From Hormiphora californensis (Eukaryota; Animalia; Ctenophora): 64,000 nt of DNA. The stretch lies in NCBI GenBank assembly GCA_020137815.1, contig CM035356.1, positions 4,960,001 through 5,024,000 on the forward strand. Reading direction: 5' to 3'. Of this stretch, positions 21,397-47,162 are shown in pieces. The notes under the pieces are model-generated. The model was not told where the DNA came from. It saw only the letters and a program-made list of their open reading frames with translations, and did no database searches. Numbering within the stretch: position 1 is the stretch's first letter; each line of letters begins with the position of its first letter. Made by a program: the position numbers and the translations under genes.

Positions 21397-22287
21397 TTTT
21401 ACTGCGTCTACATCGCCAATTGGCGATATGCCGCCAAATTTCGCCAAAATTTGGCAATTGGCGAATGACCTCTTTCGCCGATTTGGCGCCAAAAATTGCG
21501 TATAATTAAGTTATCTCCAATGCTACCTTGGCCCCGCACAAATATTTCCCTGAGACCTGCAGTATTCGACAGTGTTCCTATGCAATGTGTTATGTAATGT
21601 GTTATGTAACATGACTTTCAAGTGCTCATAATTGCCCCTTTAGTAACTCTTTCAAGATCTATTGCATGTTTTTAATACCCCACATGTATAACACATAATA
21701 GGACCTTTTTAGAAGAACAAATTATATGATCAGAACGTGAAAACACTGTTTTGCTACTAAAACACAAGGTTTATTTCTATTCTGAAATTTTAATACACCC
21801 TCCTTGTCCCTCATCCTCATACTTACCTGACGCCGGGGATCTGGCCGATCTTTCAGGGTCAACCCCCGAGTGGAGTCGTACCATTGCACACCGGTACGAT
21901 GAAGCTTGCAGTTGTGACAAATGTTCATAGTCTGGGCGTGTAATTTGTGGTAGCGGGTGCTGCGGAAACGCGGCACCTCCTAATTAATCTAATAATAATA
22001 TAATAAATTAGGAAGCTGGTGTCTCATGCTAAGATTTCTCTCACCTGATACGCTCTCTCGACTGACCAATATCTCATGACCAACATGATCGTTCTAACCC
22101 TTCTTTACATTTCCCCAGAAATAGGGTCGAGCAAGGCACGTTTAGGCATGTCAAACCTCTCCAGAGGCAGTGTTGTCGTCCGGGATGATGTTAGATGGAA
22201 AGGAATTGGACGTGAGTGTAAGTTGATGTTAGTCACCACTGAACAGCTCTCTTTGGTCTCATTATCACCAGTATTATTATATGGCAT
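21397..22287 (-). CDS. Putative small multi-exon gene of unknown function
   Basis: phase-compatible GT-AG exons at about 22287-22157, 22093-22045, 21980-21828 and 21578-21528; no recognisable domain and more than one frame is open. Confidence 0.3.
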
Positions 22288-22875
22288 CTATCTATCTGTA
22301 TTTCTCGCTCTACATCTCTTTCTCACTCTACATTCTCTCTGTTTCTCTATCTCCCTATATCTCACTCCCTATCTCTCTTTCTCCCGCTAAAAGAAGGTAA
22401 TAGAAGGTGAACTCTGTCTCTCTTCCTATGTTTCTCTCTCTCTCTCTCTCTCTCTCCCTCTCTCTCTCCCCCTCTCTCTCTCTCACCCTCTCTCACCATA
22501 TATCTCTCTTATCGTTCACTCCCTCGACCTAGCCTCATGATTGGGCGTCGGGTAAAAGAAATATGAAGGGAGAGAGAGATGGAGAGACAAGGAGAGAGAT
22601 ATAGAGCGAGACAGAAAGAGAAAGAGTGAGAGACAGAGCGAGATATATAGAGAGATAGGGAGGGGAAAAGAGGAGAGAGAGCGAGTGAACGAGAGAGAGA
22701 TATATAGAGGGGAGAGATAGGGAGGGAAGAGAGAGAGAAGGGAGATAGAGCTATAGATCTCGATACTCTAGAGAGAGCAGAGAGATCTCTCGCTTCTCTC
22801 TATCACTCTCTCTCTCTTCTTTCCTCGCTCGCTCTCTCTCTTGCCGTCTCTCTCTCGCTCTCTCTACTCTCTCCT

Positions 22876-22911
<36 letters not shown>

Positions 22912-22917
22912 CCTATT

Positions 22918-22992
<75 letters not shown>

Positions 22993-23479
22993 TCTCTCCT
23001 CTCGCTCCTGTTGTGTCATTCGCGTTGAGTTCCGAGTTTCGGACCCAGATAAGAGATAAGAGGTGTCTTATCATGTCTTCCTTATAATATTTGTTTATCG
23101 TTGTCCGTCCTTTCGTTTCTTCTTCCCCCAACACCGCCAGTTCAAATCTTTGTTTATTTAATTTTAATTTGCTTCCTTAAAATTAAGTTTTCTTATCTTT
23201 TTAAGTTTAATCTGTATGCTTTGTAATTTCAACTTCTACCCTCGCTCTTTACCAGTTTACAGTTCTGTCTGTATCTCTTGAATTGCGGTAGTATGTAGCC
23301 ATAGTAACCAATTATTATACTCATCTCCTTACATCACCGCGTGCAATATCTCTTTTTAAACTCCACCATCTTCCCATCTCTCTTTCTTTCCTTCTCTCTG
23401 TCATCACGGCTAAATATTGACGTCTTTTTATTTATTGGACCACCCATAGTTTGTCCACATTCCTGAACAATCGTCCTCT

Positions 23480-23620
23480 GACACCCCGATCTCTCTCAGG
23501 AGGGATATTAACCCAGAAATGTCCTATAACACCCCGATCTCTCTCAGGAGGGATATTGACCCAGAAATGTCCTATAACACCCCGATCTCTCTCAGGAGGG
23601 ATATTGATCCTGAAATGTCA
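23480..23620 (+). repeat. ~48-bp tandem repeat (3 copies) spanning the acceptor and ATG of the zinc-finger gene
   Basis: ACACCCCGATCTCTCTCAG|GAGGGATATTGACCCAGAAATGTC repeated; the last copy carries the ATG at 23615. Confidence 0.8.
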
Positions 23621-25752
23621 GAAATGGATGATATCTTAAGCGGAGTATATGATCTCCTAATGAAGGCCTACCCTACTGAAGGTAATATAACACACATACC
23701 GAGAGGCAAACACACTGACAGTGTCCACTGCAAAAGTCGGCCGGGTTTTCTCAACAAATGAAAGTCCGTCTGTTTGTCATGGAAGTGGAAACACATCCAT
23801 CCCAATGAAATGGACGTAACGCGCGACGTCCTTGAGTGTGATTGGAGTTGAAGTTGCGCGCAGCCTTGTCACGTGACTTACTGGAACATATTCCCCAAAA
23901 CAGCAACTTTTCTCTCTTGGCCACCTGGAGGACAACAATTCAGTTCCTATTTCTTATATCCACAACATCCCTTCCAGCAGGTACATCTGGAGGTATTGGT
24001 GCTCAATCATGTCTCGTTGATTCCATGTTAACGAGTTCTCAACTGATTCGACTCCGACTGAAGGCCCCTGGTCTTCTGATCATGCCCCCGGAGACTTCCA
24101 TAAAAAAGGAAGAGTTGTCGGATGATGGACTCATTCATGGAGGGGCCAAGAGGGCAAGGATAGAAAATAGGTAACTCTTGATTGTGCCATTGAGACTTGA
24201 TAACCATCCCACAAGATACTTGTTCGACCCTGTGTCACCACGCACGGGAAACTCTTTGATGTAAAGGAGGGTTAGAAAATAACATACAAGGGTTACTGTC
24301 ATTGCAAGTGCCCCACGTCCTATCTAATAATACTAATTCCTCCCCTTTTCTCTCAGACTACCCTCACCAGAGGAATTGATTGTGGTTGAGCCTGCAACTA
24401 TCCTTCCAAAGACGCCAGTACAACACCCAGGGAACACTGTGCCTCCCAATGTTGTGGCCGTGAATGTTCACAATGAAATACCACATATCCACCACCTTAT
24501 GGAACCACTCACACCCCTGGTAGGTCGCCTGAAACTGTGGCCGCGGTGCTGGATAACCAACAAGAAGTCAATCTCCCCCTAAAATATCGATTTGATTGTT
24601 TTACAATACATACTACCAAGCTGGGTATTTTGCCGATTTAACCGTTATATCCTTAATCGGGTTATGATGAGGTTATGATTAAAGATATAAAATCCAAGCT
24701 ATACCTACACGATTGCAATATCCTCCCTTGTTCCAGGAAGAATACCGGAGAAGAATTCAGTTCCGAAGGTGTGGGGAGTGCGCTGCGATTCTACCAACTA
24801 ACGGACACCTTGCAACTCACCTGAAATCGGACCACCCTGCTCTGAAAATGTGGAAGTGCATGGCCCATACTACATGCCCACTGGTTAGTGCCGGGAAGAG
24901 AGAGAATGCTCATGAGACTTACTAAATGATGATTCATAATGTTCCTTCAGTTGACACAAGAATTACAAAATAATCACTCATAATTCAGGTGTTTACTAAA
25001 TAATGACTCATAATTCAGGTGTTTACTAAATGATGACATAATTCAGGTGTTAATTCAGGTGTTTACTAAATGATGACTCAATATTCAGGTGTTTACTGAC
25101 ATGAGGATAATGAAAGCTCACGTGTACGAGATGCATATAAAGGAATGTCCCCTGTGTAAATGTCCCTTTGAAGAGACCTCATTAGCACGACATATCATCA
25201 CCACACATGCTGCTCTAACCACCTGCCCCTTCTGTTCGGCTCAGGTTTGTGTTAGACTAGAATGTTTAGACTCTCTAAATCAAAATTAGGATATTCAGAT
25301 TCTTTGAGTTATCTTTCTTTCTCTCTTTTTCCCTTTCTATCACTCTTTATCTCCCCCTCTCTCTCTCCCTCTCTCTCCCCCTCCTCTCTCATTCTCTCCC
25401 TCCCTCTCCCTCCCTCTCCCTTTCTATCACTCTTTATCTCTCTCTCTCCCACTCTCTCTCTCTCTCTCTCTCCAGTCTTCCTCCTTCTCTCTCTCTCCCT
25501 CCCTCCCTCTCTCTCCCCCTCATCTCTCATTCCCTCCCTCCTCTCTCTTTGCAGTACCACGACCAGCACGATCTAATGGTCCACGTCAAAACTGCCCACG
25601 AAGTATCAACGAGACGGAAACAAGGTGGTAAACCGGACAAACAGACAGTGCCAACATTTCCTGTGGCTGTAGCAGGAAATGTAGCGGGACCCCGTGTTAG
25701 GACCAATACGGAGTCTACCATCAGTGTCAAAAGTGAAACTACCTCCCCGTGA
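23615..25752 (+). CDS. C2H2 zinc-finger protein, 6 exons (23615-23681, 23981-24170, 24357-24519, 24737-24883, 25089-25244, 25555-25752)
   Basis: all junctions GT-AG and phase-consistent; fingers CGEC...HLKSDH, CMAHTTC...HVYEMH, CPLC...HIITTH, CPFC...HVKTAH. Confidence 0.8.
24975..25098 (+). repeat. ~30-bp tandem repeat spanning the exon-5 acceptor of the zinc-finger gene
   Basis: TAATTCAG|GTGTTTACT in 4-5 copies; the last copy is the in-frame acceptor at 25089. Confidence 0.85.
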
Positions 25753-26067
25753 TAGCAACTGGCCCGGGCGGGTGAAACTACCTCCCCGTGATAGCAACTG
25801 ACCCGGGCGGGTGGAAATCATTGATATGCATTATGCTGTCAGGCCAATGCTCTGACCACAGTTCTCGGGCGCTCCGAGAATGGGTCAGGCCAATGCTCTG
25901 ACAGTTGATATGGCATTGTGGTACCTTCTCTCGGCTCCCTGTGTAGCACGGAACAAGCTGTCAAGTCCCCTTGGAATGAACATTGAACAATTAGTGCAAC
26001 GCGACATTTGGAGCGACATGAAAGAATTACCATATATGAAAACTCTATTACGTCATCCCGAACTTTT

Positions 26068-32872
<6,805 letters not shown>

Positions 32873-33027
32873 GAACTTTTTGCCCATCTACCCAATATAT
32901 CTACTACACAATATTTTGTACCCACAATGTTTTTTAATAACCGCTAAATCATATATAGCTGTAAATTATTCCTTCCCCAACCCCGTTCATTATCCTTTCT
33001 TCTCAATGTAGTATGGTTTGGTGAGAC

Positions 33028-40797
<7,770 letters not shown>

Positions 40798-40834
40798 GCA
40801 GTAGTATTTAGAGACTGTATAGTCTGATGTACTG

Positions 40835-40901
40835 CAGTCAGACCCTGATTTAACGGGATGCTCAGGGAAAGGGGTTTGCCCGGTATATCGGGGTCCGACT
40901 G
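40835..40901. mobile_element. Short Tc1/mariner(pogo)-like MITE remnant; related ends at ~17586 and ~48754-48835
   Basis: imperfect TIR CAGTCAGACCCTGAT...ATCGGGGTCCGACTG; TA-CAGTCGAACCCCGATTTA at 17584. Confidence 0.55.
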
Positions 40902-41216
40902 TTATAGTCTTGTGTATATTATTTATTGCCAATCACATTTTAGAGAGAGAGTTGTACAGTATATGAGATCAGTATTTTTATACCATGTGCATGTGTAAAT
41001 ATAAGTCAGCTTTTTACCGTGTTTTGTGTGTAGAGTTATTATGTAACTTATATATTGTGAACAACTGATGTTTCTCTCCTTCCCCCAGCTTGAATGAATT
41101 ATGCAGTCCCAAAAATGTGTACAAATTGTACACTTTAATTCCCCTCCCCAGTATCTGTTTAAGGGACCAACTTACAAAAGTATACCCGGGTAATATCCTC
41201 ATTCAAACTCTATCTA

Positions 41217-44200
41217 CTAGATCATGATTCATACCCCCTACCTTTCTATCTAGATATCATGATTCATACCCCCTACCTTTCTATCTAGATATCATGATTC
41301 ATACCCCCTACCTTTCTATCTAGATATCATGATCCATACCCCCTACCTTTCTATCTAGATATCATGATCCATACCCCCTATCTTTCTATCTAGATATCAT
41401 GATTCATACCCCCTACCTTTCTATCTAGATATCATGATTCATACCCCCTACCTTTCTATCTAGATACCATGATTCATACCCCCTATCTTTCTATCTAGAT
41501 ATCATGATTCATACCCCCTACCTTTCTATCTAGATATCATGATCCATACCCCCTACCTTTCTATCTAGATACCATGATTCATACCCCCTACCTTTCTATC
41601 TAGATATCATGATTCATACCCCCTATCTTTCTATCTAGATATCATGATTCATACCCCCTACCTTTCTATCTAGATATCATGATCCATACCCCCTACCTTT
41701 CTATCTAGATACCATGATTCATACCCCCTACCTTTCTATCTAGATATCATGATCCATACCCCCTACCTTTCTATCTAGATATCATGATTCATACCCCCTA
41801 CCTTTCTATCTAGATATCATGATTCATACCCCTACCTTTCTATCTAGATATCATGATTCATACCCCCTACCTTTCTATCTAGATATCATGATTCATACCC
41901 CCTACCTTTCTATCTAGATATCATGATTCATACCCCCTACCTTTCTATCTAGATATCATGATTCATACCCCTACCTTTCTATCTAGATATCATGATTCAT
42001 ACCCCCTACCTTTCTATCTAGATATCATGATTCATACCCCCTACCTTTCTATCTAGATATCATGATTCATACCCCCTACCTTTCTATCTAGATATCATGA
42101 TTCATACCCCCTATCTTTCTATCTAGATATCATGATTCATACCCCCTACCTTTCTATCTAGATATCATGATTCATACCCCCTACCTTTCTATCTAGATAT
42201 CATGATTCATACCCCCTACCTTTCTATCTAGATATCATGATTCATACCCCCTACCTTTCTATCTAGATATCATGATTCATACCCCCTACCTTTCTATCTA
42301 GATATCATGATTCATACCCCCTACCTTTCTATCTAGATATCATGATTCATACCCCCTACCTTTCTATCTAGATATCATGATTCATACCCCCTACCTTTCT
42401 ATCTAGATATCATGATTCATACCCCCTACCTTTCTATCTAGATATCATGATTCATACCCCCTATCTTTCTATCTAGATATCATGATTCATACCCCCTATC
42501 TTTCTATCTAGATATCATGATTCATACCCCCTATCTTTCTTCGATATAATGATATGTAATCCCCATGTTTAACAGAGATCATGATTATCATGACAGAAGG
42601 AAAAGTACTACTTCTATATAGATTATACTAGATTACTACTACTTAGTCCAGTTCCCCGCATTATACCCCATCTTATCTAGAACTCTATCCGATTACCCCT
42701 ACTTTACTATCTAGATATCATGATCATCCCCTATCTTCTATCTAGATATGATTCATACCCCTAAAATTTCTATCTAGATACATGATTCATACCCTATTCC
42801 ATCTAGAATCATGATCAACCCCACCTTTCATTAGATACAGATTCATACCCTCCCTACCTTCTATTACTACATATCATGACTCATACCCCTACGTTGCTAT
42901 CTAGATATCAGATTCATCCGCCTACTTCTATCTAGATATCATGATTCATACCCCCACCCCTTTTTATTAGATCATATTCAACCCCTACCTTTTTATCTAG
43001 ATACATGATCATACCCCCTTTCTTTCTATCTAGATATCATGATTCATACCCCCTATCCTTTCTATCTAGATATCATGATTCATACCCCCTACCTTTCTAT
43101 CTAGATATCATGATTCATACCCCCTATCTTTCTATCTAGATATCATGATTCATACCCCCTACCTTTCTATCTAGATATCATGATTCATACCCCCTACCTT
43201 TCTATCTAGATATCATGATTCATACCCCCCTACCTTTCTATCTAGATATCATGATTCATACCCCCTACCTTTCTATCTAGATATCATGATTCATACCCCC
43301 TATCTTTCTATCTAGATATCATGATTCATACCCCCTACCTTTCTATCTAGATATCATGATTCATACCCCCTATCTTTCTATCTAGATATCATGATTCATA
43401 CCCCCTACCTTTCTATCTAGATATCATGATTCATACCCCCTACCTTTCTATCTAGATATCATGATTCATACCCCCTATCTTTCTATCTAGATATCATGAT
43501 TCATACCCCCTACCTTTCTATCTAGATATCATGATTCATACCCCCTACCTTTCTATCTAGATATCATGATTCATACCCCCTACCTTTCTATCTAGATATC
43601 ATGATTCATACCCCCTACTTTCTATCTAGATATCATGATTCATACCCCCTATCTTTCTATCTAGATATCATGATTCATACCCCCTATCTTTCTATCTAGA
43701 TATCATGATTCATACCCCCTATCTTTCTATCTAGATATCATGATTCATACCCCCTACCTTTCTATCTAGATATCATGATTCATACCCCCCTATCTTTCTA
43801 TCTAGATATCATGATTCATACCCCCTACCTTTCTATCTAGATATCATGATTCATACCCCCTACCTCTCTATCTAGATATCATGATTCATACCCCCTACCT
43901 TTCTATCTAGATATCATGATTCATACCCCCTACCTTTCTATCTAGATATCATGATTCATACCCCCTACCTTTCTATCTAGATATCATGATTCATACCCCC
44001 TACCTTTCTATCTAGATATCATGATTCATACCCCCTACCTTTCTATCTAGATACCATGATTCATACCCCCCTACCTTCTATGTAGATATCATGATTCATA
44101 CCCCCTATCTTTTCTATCTAGATATCATGATTCATACCCCCTATCTTTCTATCTAGATATCATGATTCATACCCCCTACCTTTCTATCTAGATATCATGA

Positions 44201-44973
44201 TTCATACCCCCTACCTTTCTATCTAGATACCATGATTCATACCCCCTACCTTTCTATCTAGATATCATGATTCATACCCCCTACCTTTCTATCTAGATAT
44301 CATGATTCATACCCCCTACCTTTCTATCTAGATATCATGATTCATACCCCCTACCTTTCTATCTAGATATCATGATTCATACCCCCTACCTTTCTATCTA
44401 GATATCATGATTCATACCCCCTACCTTTCTATCTAGATATCATGATTCATACCCCCTACCTTTCTATCTAGATATCATGATTCATACCCCCTACCTTTCT
44501 ATCTAGATCATGATTCATACCCCCTATCTTTCTATCTAGATATCATGATTCATACCCCCTACCTTTCTATCTTGATATCATGATTCATACCCCCTATCTT
44601 TCTATCTAGATATCATGATTCATACCCCCTACCTTTCTATCTAGATATCATGATTCATACCCCCTACCTTTCTATCTAGATATCATGATTCATACCCCCT
44701 ACCTTTCTATCTAGATATCATGATTCATACCCCCTATCTTTCTATCTAGATATCATGATTCATACCCCCTACCTTTCTATCTAGATATCATGATTCATAC
44801 CCCCTACCTTTCTATCTAGATATCATGATTCATTATACCCCCTATCTTTCTATCTAGATATCATGATTCATACCCCCTACCTTTCTATCTAGATATCATG
44901 ATTCATACCCCCTACCTTTCTATCTAGATATCATGATTCATACCCCCTATCCTTTCTATCTAGATATCATGAT
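41217..44973 (+). repeat. 35-bp minisatellite (~107 copies) containing the WDR13 acceptor and start codon
   Basis: unit TAGATATCATGATTCATACCCCCTACCTTTCTATC; the last copy runs directly into ATG ATC CCC TCA... at 44969. Confidence 0.95.
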
Positions 44974-45832
44974 CCCCTCAATAAGTGCGTTGGAACAGCA
45001 GAATATACAGAAGATACTAGCGCTAGATGCTCGGCTACAACAACAACAGGAATGCAACGCCGAAATCTGAAGACACTTTACATGAGGCGCAGGTATATTA
45101 ATTGGCGGGAATCATCGTAAACCTCTGGTTATGATGTCAATTAACTTTTCTTTGATAAATGATAATTGTTAATTGACATTTGCATTACGATTAACATATT
45201 ATGTTAATTCTCTTTCCCATGATTCATGACAAGACTCTCGATTTATGAAGGAAAGCAACACTCAGTTCCCCCTTCCCCCTTCTTATTACTACTACTTAGG
45301 TCCCAGTTGCTACGTGAGAAGTGTGATAGAGATCGGTATTACCAGACTAGATCGAAGCTACTGTCTGTGAAGTACCCGGGCGTCAAGACACTGGGTAAGA
45401 TATTAATTAGGAGATGGGATGGGACAGAGGTATACTGTATAATAGGGAGATGTATCTCTCTAGATGGGTGTTGGTGGTAATTGCGCCTTTGTAAGACGGG
45501 ATAAACGTATTATAGCGAGGGGAGAGAACTGAGAAAACGTACCTGTTATATCTTCAAAGAAAGTGGCTCTGTAAAACATTTCTTTGAATCTTCCAGCCAA
45601 CTCAAATAATGTAGCGCTTGACTATTCTTGAGTCTCATGATTGATAATAGTTCTTGTGTTTATTGGACAAGTTAGACTCGCTGGATATTATTGGATGAAA
45701 CCAGATATTTCGGTGTTTAACACCATCATCAGTAGTAGCTAAAAATAGAACATATTACGAATAGGAATCAAAATCGAAATTCATGTCAAAACAATCACGT
45801 ACTCTCTATCTCTCTCACTCTCACTCTCTATA

Positions 45833-45884
<52 letters not shown>

Positions 45885-46609
45885 TCTCACTCTCACTCAC
45901 TCACTCTCTCTACTCAACTCACAAACTCTATCTCTCACTCTCTCCCCCTCTCTCTCACTCATTCTCACATCGGATCAGATATACATAAATTCAGATTGTA
46001 CTATACACAGAGCTATGACGAGTACTCTAGGACTTTTTTTTTCTTTTTTTTTTCTCGCGACCTCTCCGCGTCCTTAGTGTCACCGAAGGCTAGCGCTATC
46101 TCTAGGACTTATCAACTATTACTGACTAGGAAGCCTAGAGCACTCTCACACTCTTTCTTGTTGTTCAGAGTAGGTTTCAGTTGTTGTATGAAATCAGCTT
46201 CACTAATCTTTCTCTGTATAGTTCTCGAAAGATTCGATTTCAGTATTTCCAAACTTAAAATAGGGGTACTACCCTCGTGTGTCTCACTATAAAGAGACAC
46301 ACGAGGGTAGTACCCCTATTTTAAGTTTGGAAATACTGAAATCGAATCTTTCGAGAACTATACAGAGAAAGATTAGTGAAGCTGATTTCATACAACAACT
46401 GAAACCTACTCTGAACAACAAGAAAGAGTGTGAGAGTGCTCTAGGCTTCCTAGTCAGTAATAGTTGATAAGTCCTAGAGTACTCGTCATAGCTCTGTGTA
46501 TAGTACAATCTGAATTTATGTATATCTGATCCGATGTGAGAATGAGTGAGAGAGAGGGGGAGAGAGTGAGAGATAGAGTTTGTGAGTTGAGTAGAGAGAG
46601 TGAGTGAGT

Positions 46610-46671
<62 letters not shown>

Positions 46672-47032
46672 TATAGAGAGTGAGAGTGAGAGAGATAGAG
46701 AGTACGTGATTGTTTTGACATGAATTTCGATTTTGATTCCTATTCCTAATATGTTCTATTTTTAGCTACTACTGATGATGGTGTTAAACACCGAAATATC
46801 TGGTTTCATCCAATAATATCCAGCGAGTCTAACTTGTCCAATAAACACAAGAACTATTTTCCAGCCAACTGCTCGGTCTTTTATACTAAACTTTACAAGA
46901 TTACATCGAGCCTTCACTAGATTACATTCCTTCCAACTTATGTTTTTCTGGCCTTGTTCCCCCTGGCTCCCCCTCTCGCCGCTATCCCTTCGCGTTCTAG
47001 GGTTAGAGCATTTCTCTCTAGATCAAGTTATC

Positions 47033-47098
<66 letters not shown>

Positions 47099-47128
47099 GC
47101 TCTCTCTCTCTCTAGTTAACATAACAAA

Positions 47129-47162
<34 letters not shown>

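Larger units (their letters stand above)
45603..46858. mobile_element. Penelope-like element: two inverted 5'-truncated 3' ends in WDR13 intron 2
   Basis: arms ~45647-46287 and ~46293-46858; GIY-YIG C-terminal remnant RKISEADFIQQLKPTLN; hammerhead cores; 12-bp TSD TTCCAGCCAACT at 45591-45602 and 46859-46870. Confidence 0.85.

Noticed and set aside
22420-23000. SLSL/ERER ORFs here and at ~25.3, 27.9, 31.5, 35.5, 45.8 and 63.1-63.8 kb
   Set aside because: (CT)n/(GA)n microsatellites
42540-43020. Degenerate core in the 35-bp array as an ancient or functional spacer
   Set aside because: Indel-dominated noise consistent with a poor read segment; cannot be interpreted without raw reads
45030-45075. 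WDR13 as a pseudogene because of frameshifts in exon 1 and near 47655
   Set aside because: Single-base insertions in an error-prone assembly while the rest of the gene is well conserved; more likely consensus errors
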